This document shows positions 10,223-20,099 of a stretch of 64,000 bases of DNA, in pieces. The stretch is taken from the IMG/VR virus record IMGVR_UViG_3300031612_000002, positions 1-64,000 of that record; one strand, given 5' to 3'. The position numbers were made by a program, and so were the translations under genes. The notes under the pieces were generated by a model that was not told where the DNA came from, did not search any database, and was given only the letters and a program-made list of their open reading frames with translations. This DNA is from an uncultured virus (IMG/VR IMGVR_UViG_3300031612_000002) (Duplodnaviria; Heunggongvirae; Uroviricota; Caudoviricetes). How positions within the stretch are numbered: the stretch's first letter is position 1; each line of letters opens with the position of its first letter.

Positions 10223-11287
10223 TTAAAAATCACTCTTTGGTTTGATTACATCTGATAATGCCTGTCTTTCGGGCACTTCTTTATTGTCTACAACAGTTGT
10301 TGCTAGGTTTTCTATGAAGCCGCTTGCGTTGAATGTTCTATCAGTCCAAGTGGTGTCATTGACATTGTCATACAATCTTTGCCAGCGACTACCTCGATAA
10401 ACGAATAAACGATTAGGAGAGAAATCTTCTCTTACGAAATAATCACCATCGTTTGGCATTTGCGGGAATTGATCACCTTTGTCTAGTACTTCGCCATGAT
10501 CGTATTCATCATCTGTTGTTGGTTGACCAAATAAATGATCTACCAATGGTATTCCTAGCGGATCGTCAAGTTCAGCACTTTGTATGATAGCATTAGAAAT
10601 ATTAATCTCTGTTTTATATGAACTTAGATCTTGTTTCAAACTATTTGGATCATCGGCTGTTCCTAGTATGTCTGCGTATTCTTGTGTATCGGTTAGCGGT
10701 GTTACTTTAACACGCCAGATATGACTATACCATGTCTGACTATATCCTTCACTACCACGGTTAGCATCTTGAACGACATAAAATTTATTAATAGCAGTTC
10801 TGTCATGATTTAGTAAAAGATCATCGCGTAAATGGGGTAATTCTAGTACATCGCCCGGCATTAGTTTTCTTCCGACCTTTGCTACCATATCGTTTGTGTG
10901 AAATGTGATGAACATTGTATCATTAGTTAAGAATAGACCAAATTGTGTTAAATCAAAGTCATTGTCTGTTACGTTGTATACACCACGTAATTCAAAAATG
11001 TCTGGATCATACTTACGATCACGGTTTTCCATAAACAACAAGTCTTGTATCTTAGTTTCATTAATAAATCCTTCAGGATTGATCTCAATGCCTAAAGTGG
11101 GATCAAGTTCAAGACCAGAACCATAATTTGGTTCAGTGGGGTCATCACTATTGATAGTTTCTTTGGGTCCAAGATATTTATGAACATGTATGGCAGTACC
11201 ACCGATATCAAACTGTTCTCTGATGGTTCTGTCATGAAAGTTAAAGTCATTGGTTTTTGTCGCACGATAGAGACTTAAACGAGGCAT
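10223..11287 (-). CDS. Neck protein (T4 gp14-like)
   Basis: DLLFMENRDRKYD, LTQFGLFL and GRKLMPGDVLELPH motifs; adjacent to the gp15-like gene. Confidence 0.7.
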   Translation of the reverse strand: MPRLSLYRATKTNDFNFHDRTIREQFDIGGTAIHVHKYLGPKETINSDDPTEPNYGSGLELDPTLGIEINPEGFINETKIQDLLFMENRDRKYDPDIFELRGVYNVTDNDFDLTQFGLFLTNDTMFITFHTNDMVAKVGRKLMPGDVLELPHLRDDLLLNHDRTAINKFYVVQDANRGSEGYSQTWYSHIWRVKVTPLTDTQEYADILGTADDPNSLKQDLSSYKTEINISNAIIQSAELDDPLGIPLVDHLFGQPTTDDEYDHGEVLDKGDQFPQMPNDGDYFVREDFSPNRLFVYRGSRWQRLYDNVNDTTWTDRTFNASGFIENLATTVVDNKEVPERQALSDVIKPKSDF

Positions 11288-11309
11288 AGATTACTCCTTA
11301 TATATAGAG

Positions 11310-11317
11310 TATTTATG
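11310..11317 (-). promoter_or_regulatory. T4-late-like promoter (cATAAATA) for the minus-strand neck/NUDIX operon
   Basis: tatttatg on + reads cataaata on -, just upstream of the AGGAG RBS of the gp14-like gene. Confidence 0.65.
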
Positions 11318-11337
11318 CAAAAAGATTTGAAAAACTC

Positions 11338-11402
11338 TTGACAATAGTAAGACATGTTGCTATAATAGTTAAGTAAGTTAATTAATCAAAGCGAGAAAAA
11401 TT
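11338..11402 (+). promoter_or_regulatory. sigma70-type early promoter with conserved leader
   Basis: TTGACA (11338) - 17 nt - TATAAT (11361), then agttaagtaagttaat..aaagcgagaaaaattATG. Confidence 0.9.
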
Positions 11403-11690
11403 ATGTCACAAGTTGCTACTATTATCAAGAACCAAATCGGTAACAAAGCATTGTATATGATGGGTGCAAAGAATTTAGCCACTGGTGGCGACGATCTTTC
11501 TTTTCGTGTTCGTGGTAGCAAGCGTGTCAACCACGTTAAGATTGCTCTTAATGCGAGCGACACATATGACATCACATTCGGTAAGATTTGGGGTATGAAA
11601 TTCAATGTAGTTGCATCGCATGATGGCATTTACTGTGATATGATGCACGATTTAATTGAAAAAGAAACTGGTTTATATTTGTCACTGTAG
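11403..11690 (+). CDS. Hypothetical early protein
   Basis: 95-aa ORF directly behind a consensus promoter. Confidence 0.8.
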   Translation: MSQVATIIKNQIGNKALYMMGAKNLATGGDDLSFRVRGSKRVNHVKIALNASDTYDITFGKIWGMKFNVVASHDGIYCDMMHDLIEKETGLYLSL

Positions 11691-11774
11691 TAGGGCTTAT
11701 ATAGTCGCTACAGTACGCTAAATGTCTCCTCTAAGCGTCGATGAAGAGGCATACAATACAATGGGAGTATAATT

Positions 11775-12086
11775 ATGGCATTTGCCGATTCGTCTGTTTA
11801 TTTCAACACTGGTGACAGTTCTATTCTTGGTTCATTTTTTGAAAAGTCAGAAGGTGGGATATTTGAATTTTCTAAGAATTTAAATGATACCCCATTTGTC
11901 GATGTTTCTGAGTATCCGCATTTAGTATGGGTTACGAGTCCGTCTGCGTTTGATAGTGGTTATCGCTATGCGAATGTCAAGAAAGGTATTGCGTACATTG
12001 TAGTTGACGAAGATGACGAGGGCAATCCTGTCATTGAGAAGTGGGATATCAAGCAAAAACGATTATATGAAGCGATTCCACTATAA
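11775..12086 (+). CDS. Hypothetical protein
   Basis: GGGAG RBS, 103-aa ORF. Confidence 0.75.
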   Translation: MAFADSSVYFNTGDSSILGSFFEKSEGGIFEFSKNLNDTPFVDVSEYPHLVWVTSPSAFDSGYRYANVKKGIAYIVVDEDDEGNPVIEKWDIKQKRLYEAIPL

Positions 12087-12089
12087 TAT

Positions 12090-12118
12090 TTGACAAAAAA
12101 CTATAAGTAGTGTATAGT
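12090..12118 (+). promoter_or_regulatory. sigma70-type promoter
   Basis: TTGACA-N17-TATAGT. Confidence 0.75.
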
Positions 12119-12143
12119 ATATTTAAATCAAAGGAAATACAAC

Positions 12144-13403
12144 ATGGCTATTAGCATAAAAGTCCCTCGCAAGAAGCCTAGGGCAAAAATTAATCGTAAA
12201 ACTGGATTTACTGATCCAGATTGGTCTTCGGCAGAAACTTGGTCTGGTGATAAATTTCATAAAGAGCGAACTGCATTTGCACGATTGTATTATCAGAATG
12301 TAAAGACGGCAGATTTGCGTGGTTATGTGTATGACTATATGAAGCAACACAAATACAGTTCAGCAGATATCAAAGCAGCAAAGGCAGTGTCGCATATTCC
12401 AGTACAAGTTGGAATTTATGCAAAATTGTTGACTACGGGTATGCCTGATTTGCATCAAAATCATGCAGACATGTGGCGCAATCTTAAAGGCACTTCATCT
12501 GAACTAAAACCTGTTAGTGAGTTTGTAACTGGTGGTATTGCAGATGTTATTGCAATTGGTTCACGCATTGTTGGAGCAGATGATACAATCGAAGAAGCGA
12601 AACCAGTAATTAGTGTCGTTCCTAGCATTCAAGATATCATGCGTAAAGCAGCCACTGCGATGTGCGAACCGATTGATGATGGAATTGAAGAATTTGTAGT
12701 ATCGCGTGATATTAAGTTGGTAGCGAATTTTGAACCCCATACAATTTTGATTGTAGCAGAAGCAAAGGCAAATCATGCTCGTATCATCAAAGGTTTTTAT
12801 AATGATGTATATGAAGAATTGTTAGAAGTTGCTGCAATCCCAAAACCAGCAGCATTTAAGAAATTAAGCGAAGAAGAGCAAGATGCATGTGAACAATTAG
12901 CAGAAGCATATTCGCATTTCAATGCAAAGCAGTTAGTGGCTATAATTGCGATGCATAAGAAGATAATTGATGCATGTGATATTGTTATCATTGAACAGAA
13001 AGCAACAAAGGCTCCTCGTAAAGTAAAGCAGAAGTCGGCAGATCAGTTAGTATCTAAATTGAAATTTAAATCAAATGATTCTTCGTATGGTATTGCGAGT
13101 GTAGCACCAAGTGGATTAATTGGAGCAGTAGCAGCAGTAGTATTTAATTGTAAGAACCGAAAACTAGGATTATATGTAGCAATTGATGCAGATGGTTTCA
13201 AAGTTAAGGGAACTACGTTATTAAACTTTAACGAAGAGGTTAGTACACAGAAGACATTACGAAAGCCAGGCGATGTGTTACCAGAATTCAAGAAGATTAC
13301 AAAGCCTAAGGCATTGAAGACATTTAATGCATTGACTACGACTGATACTAAGATGAACGGTAGATTCAATTCTGAGATTATTATTCTTGCAGTGTTCAAG
13401 TAG
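12144..13403 (+). CDS. Hypothetical protein (419 aa, basic termini)
   Basis: Long ORF with AGGA RBS; no motif recognised. Confidence 0.8.
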   Translation: MAISIKVPRKKPRAKINRKTGFTDPDWSSAETWSGDKFHKERTAFARLYYQNVKTADLRGYVYDYMKQHKYSSADIKAAKAVSHIPVQVGIYAKLLTTGMPDLHQNHADMWRNLKGTSSELKPVSEFVTGGIADVIAIGSRIVGADDTIEEAKPVISVVPSIQDIMRKAATAMCEPIDDGIEEFVVSRDIKLVANFEPHTILIVAEAKANHARIIKGFYNDVYEELLEVAAIPKPAAFKKLSEEEQDACEQLAEAYSHFNAKQLVAIIAMHKKIIDACDIVIIEQKATKAPRKVKQKSADQLVSKLKFKSNDSSYGIASVAPSGLIGAVAAVVFNCKNRKLGLYVAIDADGFKVKGTTLLNFNEEVSTQKTLRKPGDVLPEFKKITKPKALKTFNALTTTDTKMNGRFNSEIIILAVFK

Positions 13404-13434
13404 TTTTTGAACACAGACTTGCGTGCAGTAAAAG

Positions 13435-13442
13435 CATAAATA
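13435..13442 (+). promoter_or_regulatory. T4-late-like promoter (cATAAATA)
   Basis: Upstream of the gp13-like gene. Confidence 0.65.
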
Positions 13443-13464
13443 TACCTAATAGGAGAATATAATT

Positions 13465-14202
13465 ATGTCAGCACAATCTGAATTAATCAAAGAAATAGAA
13501 CTACGCTTAGGTGGTCAAATGGTGGATGTGGAATTAGATCCAGAACACTATGAATTAGCGATCAAGAAGGCAGTAGAAAAATATCGTCAACGCTCAGAAA
13601 ATTCTGTAGAAGAAAGTTTTGTTTCACTGGATTTGGTAAAAGATGTTGCAGAATATACATTACCTAGTGAAATAGATGAAGTAACTGATATATATCGCCG
13701 CACAACTGGTGTATCATCTGGAACGGGTAATGATTTTGAACCATTTCAAGCAAATTACTTGAATACTTATTTATTAGGTTCGAGTCGTAGTGGTGGTTTA
13801 GCAAGTTTCGATTTCCTACAACAGAATAGAGAAACAATGGGTCGTTTATTTGGCGCAGAGATCATGTTCACTTGGCGCAAATCTGACAACAAATTAATTT
13901 TGCATCGTATGATGAAAGCAGATGATTTATGTATTCTCCATGTGTATAATCATCGTCCATTGGAATTATTATTAAAAGATATATATGCAGGACCTTGGAT
14001 TAAGGATTTTGCATTATGTCATGCTAAATTAATGCTTGCACAAGCGCGTGGTAAGTTTGCACAAATTGCGGGTCCACAGGGTGGCACTACAATGAACGCT
14101 GGTGAACTACAAGCCTCAGCAGAAGCAGAAATTGATAAACTAGAAACAGAACTTACACTTTACAATGACGGCTCTTCGGGATTAGGTTTCGTTATTGGAT
14201 AA
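13465..14202 (+). CDS. Neck protein (T4 gp13-like)
   Basis: LRLGGQMVDVELDPEH, WIKDFALCHAKLML and KFAQIAGPQGGTTMNA match the gp13 family pattern. Confidence 0.85.
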   Translation: MSAQSELIKEIELRLGGQMVDVELDPEHYELAIKKAVEKYRQRSENSVEESFVSLDLVKDVAEYTLPSEIDEVTDIYRRTTGVSSGTGNDFEPFQANYLNTYLLGSSRSGGLASFDFLQQNRETMGRLFGAEIMFTWRKSDNKLILHRMMKADDLCILHVYNHRPLELLLKDIYAGPWIKDFALCHAKLMLAQARGKFAQIAGPQGGTTMNAGELQASAEAEIDKLETELTLYNDGSSGLGFVIG

Positions 14203-14219
14203 CATAATAAACGAAGGTA

Positions 14220-14870
14220 ATGATGACAAAGAAAGTAATAGGTATATGTGGATTAATCGGTCATGGTAAAGACACAGCAGCAGGGTTTTTAATTGAAGAG
14301 GGATTTCAGAGAGTTAGTTTCGCAGGAGTATTGAAAGATGCTGTTGCGAATATTTTTAGTTGGGATCGTACTCTATTAGAAGGTAATACGTCTGAGAGTA
14401 GGGTTTGGAGAGAGCGAGTAGACACATGGTGGTCTAATAGATTAGGAATACCTAATTTTACACCTAGATATGCATTACAGTATATCGGCACAGATGTCAT
14501 GCGAACACATTTTAATCCAGATATATGGGTAGCAGCAGCAGAACGCAAGATTCTACAAATTGATAATAATATTGTTATTTCTGATTGTCGGTTCTTCAAC
14601 GAGTTAGCCGTAATCAAGCGATTGGGTGGAACTACTGCATCTGTGTGGCGATATGATGTACCAGAATGGTGGGATGTCGCCGTTACCACGAACACTACAT
14701 CAGAAGAAGAACAATATCAAATATATGATGAAGGCAATCATATGGAAGTGAAATTCCCAGATATTCATACAAGTGAATCTAGTTGGGCGGGATGGGAATT
14801 TGACCATGCTATTGATAATAAATCGACATTAGAAGAATTCAGAAATATCACTATTAAACTGCTATGTTAA
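14220..14870 (+). CDS. Deoxynucleoside monophosphate kinase (T4 gp1-like)
   Basis: GICGLIGHGKDT P-loop, SFAGVLKD, TPRYALQYIGTD, ISDCRFFNE and HTSE. Confidence 0.9.
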   Translation: MMTKKVIGICGLIGHGKDTAAGFLIEEGFQRVSFAGVLKDAVANIFSWDRTLLEGNTSESRVWRERVDTWWSNRLGIPNFTPRYALQYIGTDVMRTHFNPDIWVAAAERKILQIDNNIVISDCRFFNELAVIKRLGGTTASVWRYDVPEWWDVAVTTNTTSEEEQYQIYDEGNHMEVKFPDIHTSESSWAGWEFDHAIDNKSTLEEFRNITIKLLC

Positions 14871-14974
14871 CGCTGTAATCAGGTCTTTTCTTTAACTTAC
14901 GCTAAATACTAACAATGATATAGATTCATAAACTAGTAATTACATGTAAAATAAAATAAAGGAGAACTCCAAAA

Positions 14975-17371
14975 ATGGCAAATCTTGTATCGCCTGGAAC
15001 ACAGGTACAAATAACAGACGAGTCGGTATACGGACCAGCGGGAGCAGGTACTGTACCAATGATTTTTATCGCGACAGGTCAAGACAAAGTTGACCCGACC
15101 GGAACAGAAGTAGATGGTATTGCAAAATATACCAAATCAGCAGCATCGGGAAGTCCGATCTTAGTAACATCACAACGTGAACTAACTCAATACTTCGGAA
15201 ACGTAGATTTCCGTTCAGTAAGTGGAACAGTACAACAAGGTGATGAAACTAATGATTACGGTCTATTAGCAGCATATTCATTCTTAGGTCAAGCATCAGC
15301 AGCATATGTTGTTCGTGCAGACGTAGATTTAACAGCACTTCGCCCACAGACAGTTGAGCCAGTTGGCTTACCAGCAAATAATACTTACTGGGTAAACCCA
15401 ACATCATCAGCGTATGGTATCTTTGAATTCACAGCAAGTGGATGGACAGCAGTAACACCTAGTGTTGAAATTGTAGCCACTCACGTTGGCGTTCCTACGA
15501 CTGTAGTTGTAGACGGAACCTATCTAGTTACTATCGAAGAGACAGTAACATCAACACACGTTCATTATTGGATTGGTGAAGGTGGTGCATGGGTTGCATT
15601 AGATCAACTATGGATAACTGGTACATCAACATTAGCACCACATTACTCAGCACCAGTTGGCGCAGAAGTAGGTGATGTTTGGATTAAGACAACAACTCCT
15701 GGCGCAGGTATTGATTATGATATTTCATTGTTCACTAGCACAGCGGGTTCATTCGTAGCACAGACAGCAATTTACGCACAGACAACAGCACCTACTGGTG
15801 TAGTTGGTGATACTTTCCAAGATGGCACAGCAGCAACAGCGCGTACATTAACAGAAGGCGATCTTTGGTTTGATATAGATGATGGTTTTGTATCTATTCA
15901 TCGTTACAATTCAACTACTCTAGCATTCGTAGACATGATTTCATCAGTACAAACAACTGCACCAACTGGCGCACCACTTACTGATACTATTTGGTTTGAT
16001 ACCGCAGTAAATGATTTGGCTATTTTTGAAGTAGCAATCGACGGTGGTGTACAGAAATGGCAGAAAGCAACTAATGTAACTTATACTTCAGCAGCACCAA
16101 CAGTTGGAGCAGACGGTGATTATTGGATTGATACAGACGCAGATAACTATCCAGTTATCTATCGTAGCAATGGAACAGCATGGGTTGTTAAAGATAACAC
16201 AGATCAAAGCACATCTAACGGTGTAGTATTTGGTGATATCACTGATTTAGACTCAGCAGCAGGCGATTACGTATTAGCAGCAAACGTATTAGCAGATGGT
16301 CCTAACCCATTATTATATGCAGTTGGTACATCAGCAGTTAACATGTGTCGTTCAACTAATACAGTACGTAAGTATGACGCATCATTGACAACTACTTGGA
16401 AATGGCGTAACCTTGCTGGTAATGCAGCAACAGGCGCAGGATCATTTGGTCGTAAGGCACAGCGTAAAGTTGTAGCAGCAGCAATGCAAGCAAGTGCATC
16501 AGGATCAGCACTTCGTGAAGAAACTATTCAGTTCCGTTTAATTACAGCACCGGGATATCCAGAGTTGATGGATGAAATGGTAACATTGAATACAGATCGC
16601 AATGAAACTGCATTTGTTATTGCAGATACCCCATTACGATTGGCTCCAGCAGATGCAGTATCTTGGGTTCAAGGAACTGGCGCAGTAGAAAATGGTGAAG
16701 ATGGACTAGTAAGCAAGAGTTCTTATGCAGCAGCATATTATCCTAGTGTATTGACGACTGATCCAGTATCAGGTGCAAGTGTAGTTGCTCCAGCATCACA
16801 CAGTGCACTTTACACATATGCATATAGTGATAGTGTTAGTTACCAGTGGTTTGCACCAGCAGGTTTGACTCGTGGTGTTGTAAGAAACGCATCAAATGTT
16901 GGTTATATCAATTCAGAAAACGAATTTGTAGCAGTAGCATTGACACAGGGACATCGCGATGCAATGTATGAAAATAAATTGAATCCGATTGTTAATTTCC
17001 CATCAGAAGGTATTATTGTATTTGGTCAGAAGACTTTGGCAGCAGGCGCAAGCGCATTAGATCGTGTTAACGTTGCTCGTTTAGTTGCATATTTACGTGA
17101 GCGTTTTGCAGTTATTTCGCGCCCATATTTGTTTGAGCCAAATGATAATTCAATTCGTGATAATGTTAAGCAAACGTTTGATGGTTTTTGTGCTAATATT
17201 CAGGCAAATCGTGGTGTGTATGACTTCAGTGTAGTATGTGATACTACTAACAATACACCAGCACGTATAGATCGTAATGAAATTTACGTTGATATTGCAA
17301 TTGAACCTACCAAATCGGCAGAATTTATTTATATTCCTGTTCGTATTGTTAATACAGGTGATTTAAGTTAA
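14975..17371 (+). CDS. Contractile tail sheath protein (T4 gp18-like)
   Basis: LVSPGTQV start, WFAPAGLTRG, NPIVNFPSEG..VFGQKT, LDRVNVARL, FEPND and EFIYIP. Confidence 0.95.
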   Translation: MANLVSPGTQVQITDESVYGPAGAGTVPMIFIATGQDKVDPTGTEVDGIAKYTKSAASGSPILVTSQRELTQYFGNVDFRSVSGTVQQGDETNDYGLLAAYSFLGQASAAYVVRADVDLTALRPQTVEPVGLPANNTYWVNPTSSAYGIFEFTASGWTAVTPSVEIVATHVGVPTTVVVDGTYLVTIEETVTSTHVHYWIGEGGAWVALDQLWITGTSTLAPHYSAPVGAEVGDVWIKTTTPGAGIDYDISLFTSTAGSFVAQTAIYAQTTAPTGVVGDTFQDGTAATARTLTEGDLWFDIDDGFVSIHRYNSTTLAFVDMISSVQTTAPTGAPLTDTIWFDTAVNDLAIFEVAIDGGVQKWQKATNVTYTSAAPTVGADGDYWIDTDADNYPVIYRSNGTAWVVKDNTDQSTSNGVVFGDITDLDSAAGDYVLAANVLADGPNPLLYAVGTSAVNMCRSTNTVRKYDASLTTTWKWRNLAGNAATGAGSFGRKAQRKVVAAAMQASASGSALREETIQFRLITAPGYPELMDEMVTLNTDRNETAFVIADTPLRLAPADAVSWVQGTGAVENGEDGLVSKSSYAAAYYPSVLTTDPVSGASVVAPASHSALYTYAYSDSVSYQWFAPAGLTRGVVRNASNVGYINSENEFVAVALTQGHRDAMYENKLNPIVNFPSEGIIVFGQKTLAAGASALDRVNVARLVAYLRERFAVISRPYLFEPNDNSIRDNVKQTFDGFCANIQANRGVYDFSVVCDTTNNTPARIDRNEIYVDIAIEPTKSAEFIYIPVRIVNTGDLS

Positions 17372-17392
17372 AAAATATTAAATTTAATATTT

Positions 17393-17421
17393 AAAAAAAA
17401 CCCACTTCGTGTGGGTTTTTT
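17393..17421 (+). terminator. Rho-independent terminator, possibly bidirectional
   Basis: aaaaaaaacccac-ttcgt-gtgggtttttt. Confidence 0.85.
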
Positions 17422-17459
17422 ATTGCAAAATATTTGCTGCAAAATAAAAATGCAAAAAG

Positions 17460-17467
17460 CATAAATA
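17460..17467 (+). promoter_or_regulatory. T4-late-like promoter (cATAAATA)
   Basis: Upstream of the tail tube gene. Confidence 0.65.
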
Positions 17468-17528
17468 CATTTATATATATAATAGTCTATCATTAGGATA
17501 GCCTATTTAAATTTTAAGGAGAGAACAA

Positions 17529-18101
17529 ATGGCTATTTTAACAAATTTCGGTATTCCAGCAGGAGATACTACCACTGCACAGACACTGATGCCAAAACTA
17601 CAATACAGATTTCGTGTAACATTTACAGGATTAGGTGACTCAAAGGGATCGTTAATTACACAGAATGTAATTAGTGCAACCAGACCTGGAGTTGATCATG
17701 ACGATATTACCATTGATGCATACAACTCAAAGATACGACTTGCAGGAAAGCACATGTGGCAAGATGTTACAGTAGCATTACGAGATGATACTAACAATGA
17801 TGTTATAAAAGCAATTCGTTCACAACTGAACAAGCAAGTAAATCATACTTCTCAAGTAAGCGCAGAAGCAGGTGAAAATTATAAATTCAATGTAAAAATC
17901 GAAACACTTGATGGAACACATGGCACATCTAGTCTAGATGGTGTTATTGACTATTGGGAACTTGAAGGCGCATTTATCCCAAGTGCTACATTCGGTGATT
18001 TGAACTATGCGACATCCGATGTTGTGCAGGTATCAATGACTATTCGTTTTGATAATGCGATATTGCGTACAATGGCTAATACTGGTTCAAGTGCTAACTA
18101 A
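17529..18101 (+). CDS. Tail tube protein (T4 gp19-like)
   Basis: PKLQYRFRV, LAGKHMWQDVTVALRDD, WELEGAF, GDLNYATSD and IRFDNA; follows the sheath gene. Confidence 0.85.
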   Translation: MAILTNFGIPAGDTTTAQTLMPKLQYRFRVTFTGLGDSKGSLITQNVISATRPGVDHDDITIDAYNSKIRLAGKHMWQDVTVALRDDTNNDVIKAIRSQLNKQVNHTSQVSAEAGENYKFNVKIETLDGTHGTSSLDGVIDYWELEGAFIPSATFGDLNYATSDVVQVSMTIRFDNAILRTMANTGSSAN

Positions 18102-18115
18102 TTTATTAGTAACTC

Positions 18116-19087
18116 ATGAGTAATATTATAAATTCGGCATCAAAAATTTACGGACAAGATCAATATGATCGGTCCGTGAATTTACTTGTTCCTAGAAATA
18201 AGTTTCAATTCCGTGTTGTTGTCTATCACATTGGTAGCAATAAGGCACTGGAGTTGACACGTATATCCGAAATACAAATGCCTAGTCATTCTATGAAGAC
18301 TCAGACATTAAATCAATATAACAAGAAGCGTACAATTCAAACTGGAATTGATTACACTCCTATATCATTGTCTGCGTATGATACCCGTGATGCAGAGATA
18401 GAAAAATTTCTAGTAGGATATAACAATCATTATTATTCAAGTCCTATGTCAGATAACTCTGATGTTATGATTGATGATGTTATTAATCAAAATTTTGCAG
18501 TTTCTGGTCAGAGTGCTAAGGGTTTTAATTTAACCAATGATCGTTATTATATTACTAAGATAGAGATAATTAGAACTTCTTCAGACGGCGATAAAAACAT
18601 TATAGAAATTTATAATCCGATAATTACCAACATACAGGGCGATACACTGAATTATTCAGAATCAGCACCAGTACAATATCGTATAGATTTCACATATGAA
18701 GGTTATAAAACAACTACCAATGGTGTAGAAGTAGAAGTGACACCAACGATAACACCAGAGCCTACTATAGTCACAGTGTCTACGCCTGTCCCCGCAGCAA
18801 TTGTTGTTCCTGGATTGAGTGCAGAAGAGACACTAGCAGCAGATGAAGCAGAAGTATATAATCTAGCAGCAGGTATGTATGGCAACCTTGGAATAAAGTT
18901 TGTGCCAGTAGGACCAACTGTGGAATATGATGCAATCAGAAACATTCACACAGTGCAGGTTTATAATCCTGATACTAATCTCAATGAAAAAATGACGAAT
19001 AATCCACCAACAGGTGTGCTTTCAGCATTATACCATACAAAAGAGCAATTTGAAAAAATCGTCAGTGACTACAATAAAGGTCAGTAA
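18116..19087 (+). CDS. Tail tube-like protein (baseplate-tube junction/initiator candidate)
   Basis: Tube-fold pattern: PRNKFQFRV, IQMPS, YTPISLSAYD, LNYSES and IDFTYE. Confidence 0.6.
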   Translation: MSNIINSASKIYGQDQYDRSVNLLVPRNKFQFRVVVYHIGSNKALELTRISEIQMPSHSMKTQTLNQYNKKRTIQTGIDYTPISLSAYDTRDAEIEKFLVGYNNHYYSSPMSDNSDVMIDDVINQNFAVSGQSAKGFNLTNDRYYITKIEIIRTSSDGDKNIIEIYNPIITNIQGDTLNYSESAPVQYRIDFTYEGYKTTTNGVEVEVTPTITPEPTIVTVSTPVPAAIVVPGLSAEETLAADEAEVYNLAAGMYGNLGIKFVPVGPTVEYDAIRNIHTVQVYNPDTNLNEKMTNNPPTGVLSALYHTKEQFEKIVSDYNKGQ

Positions 19088-19089
19088 AA

Positions 19090-19545
19090 ATGGCAAAATT
19101 TCACCAAGGCTTATACACGCCAAAAAATCCAGATAAATACTTAGGTAAGGGCTTACCACGATATCGTTCAAGTTGGGAACTAGTTGTTTTCAGAATGTGT
19201 GACAATCATCCATCCGTATTAGGTTGGGGCTCAGAAACACATCGTATCCCATACAAAAACCCACTTACTGGAAAAAATTCTAATTATGTGCCAGATTTAT
19301 TGATGGTATATCAAGATGCAAACGGTAAGCAACACGCAGAGATGGTAGAAATAAAACCAGCGGGACAAACACTCGGTGAAGCAAAAAGTCAATCACAAAA
19401 AGCAGCCGCAGTAGTTAATCACGCAAAATGGGAAGCAGCAAGACATTGGTGCAGATCAAAAGGCTTAGGTTTTCGCGTCATCACTGAGCATGAGATATTC
19501 AATAAGCCAAAGAAGCGAACAAAAGCGCAAAGGAAAAAGAAATGA
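19090..19545 (+). CDS. Head completion nuclease (T4 gp4-like, TnsA-type endonuclease fold)
   Basis: PKNPDKYLG, YRSSWE, WGSE, IPY, YVPD, EIKP, KWEAA and FRVITE. Confidence 0.9.
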   Translation: MAKFHQGLYTPKNPDKYLGKGLPRYRSSWELVVFRMCDNHPSVLGWGSETHRIPYKNPLTGKNSNYVPDLLMVYQDANGKQHAEMVEIKPAGQTLGEAKSQSQKAAAVVNHAKWEAARHWCRSKGLGFRVITEHEIFNKPKKRTKAQRKKK

Positions 19546-20099
19546 CACAGAAATTAAGCGATACATTTAATTTACCGCCTATAGACGATATATCATTTAA
19601 CTTTGATGATGATGAAAATGAAATAGAACCATCATCGGAAGAAGTGATAAAGCAACTCACAGAACAAATATCAACACAAACAGAAACTATGGATATGTCT
19701 ATGAAAGTAGACGCAGCACTACCTATGGTGTTGGGATTAGACGCGATAGATGCAGAGATGGATGAATATGCAAAAAGAGCAATTACTGCGTTTGATGATA
19801 TAGTAGATTTGGCAAAGAATGTAGACGATAGAAATGCCGCTGCATTGCTTGATAGTGCTAGTAAAATGCTATCAGCCGCGATAACCGCAAAGCAAACAAA
19901 GATGGATAAAAAAATAAAAATGATTGAGTTGCAGATGCGCAAAGAACGACTTGATATGGATAATCGAAAAGTAAACCATGTTATCAATAAAGGTTTACCA
20001 GATGACGACCCAGAATCAATTGATGGTAGATTAATAGGAAATCGTTCAGAGATGCTAGCAGAAATAATGAAAAACATGAAAGCGGAAGAAGACAAATGA
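19542..20099 (+). CDS. Putative terminase small subunit
   Basis: Helical/coiled-coil protein with a gp16-like layout (C-terminal GNRSEML), upstream of terL. Assignment is an inference. Confidence 0.45.
   Translation: MTQKLSDTFNLPPIDDISFNFDDDENEIEPSSEEVIKQLTEQISTQTETMDMSMKVDAALPMVLGLDAIDAEMDEYAKRAITAFDDIVDLAKNVDDRNAAALLDSASKMLSAAITAKQTKMDKKIKMIELQMRKERLDMDNRKVNHVINKGLPDDDPESIDGRLIGNRSEMLAEIMKNMKAEEDK

Noticed and set aside
19090..19545. TnsA-like endonuclease as a Tn7 element or homing endonuclease
   Set aside because: Motifs and context match the T4 gp4 head-completion protein; there are no other tns genes or element ends.
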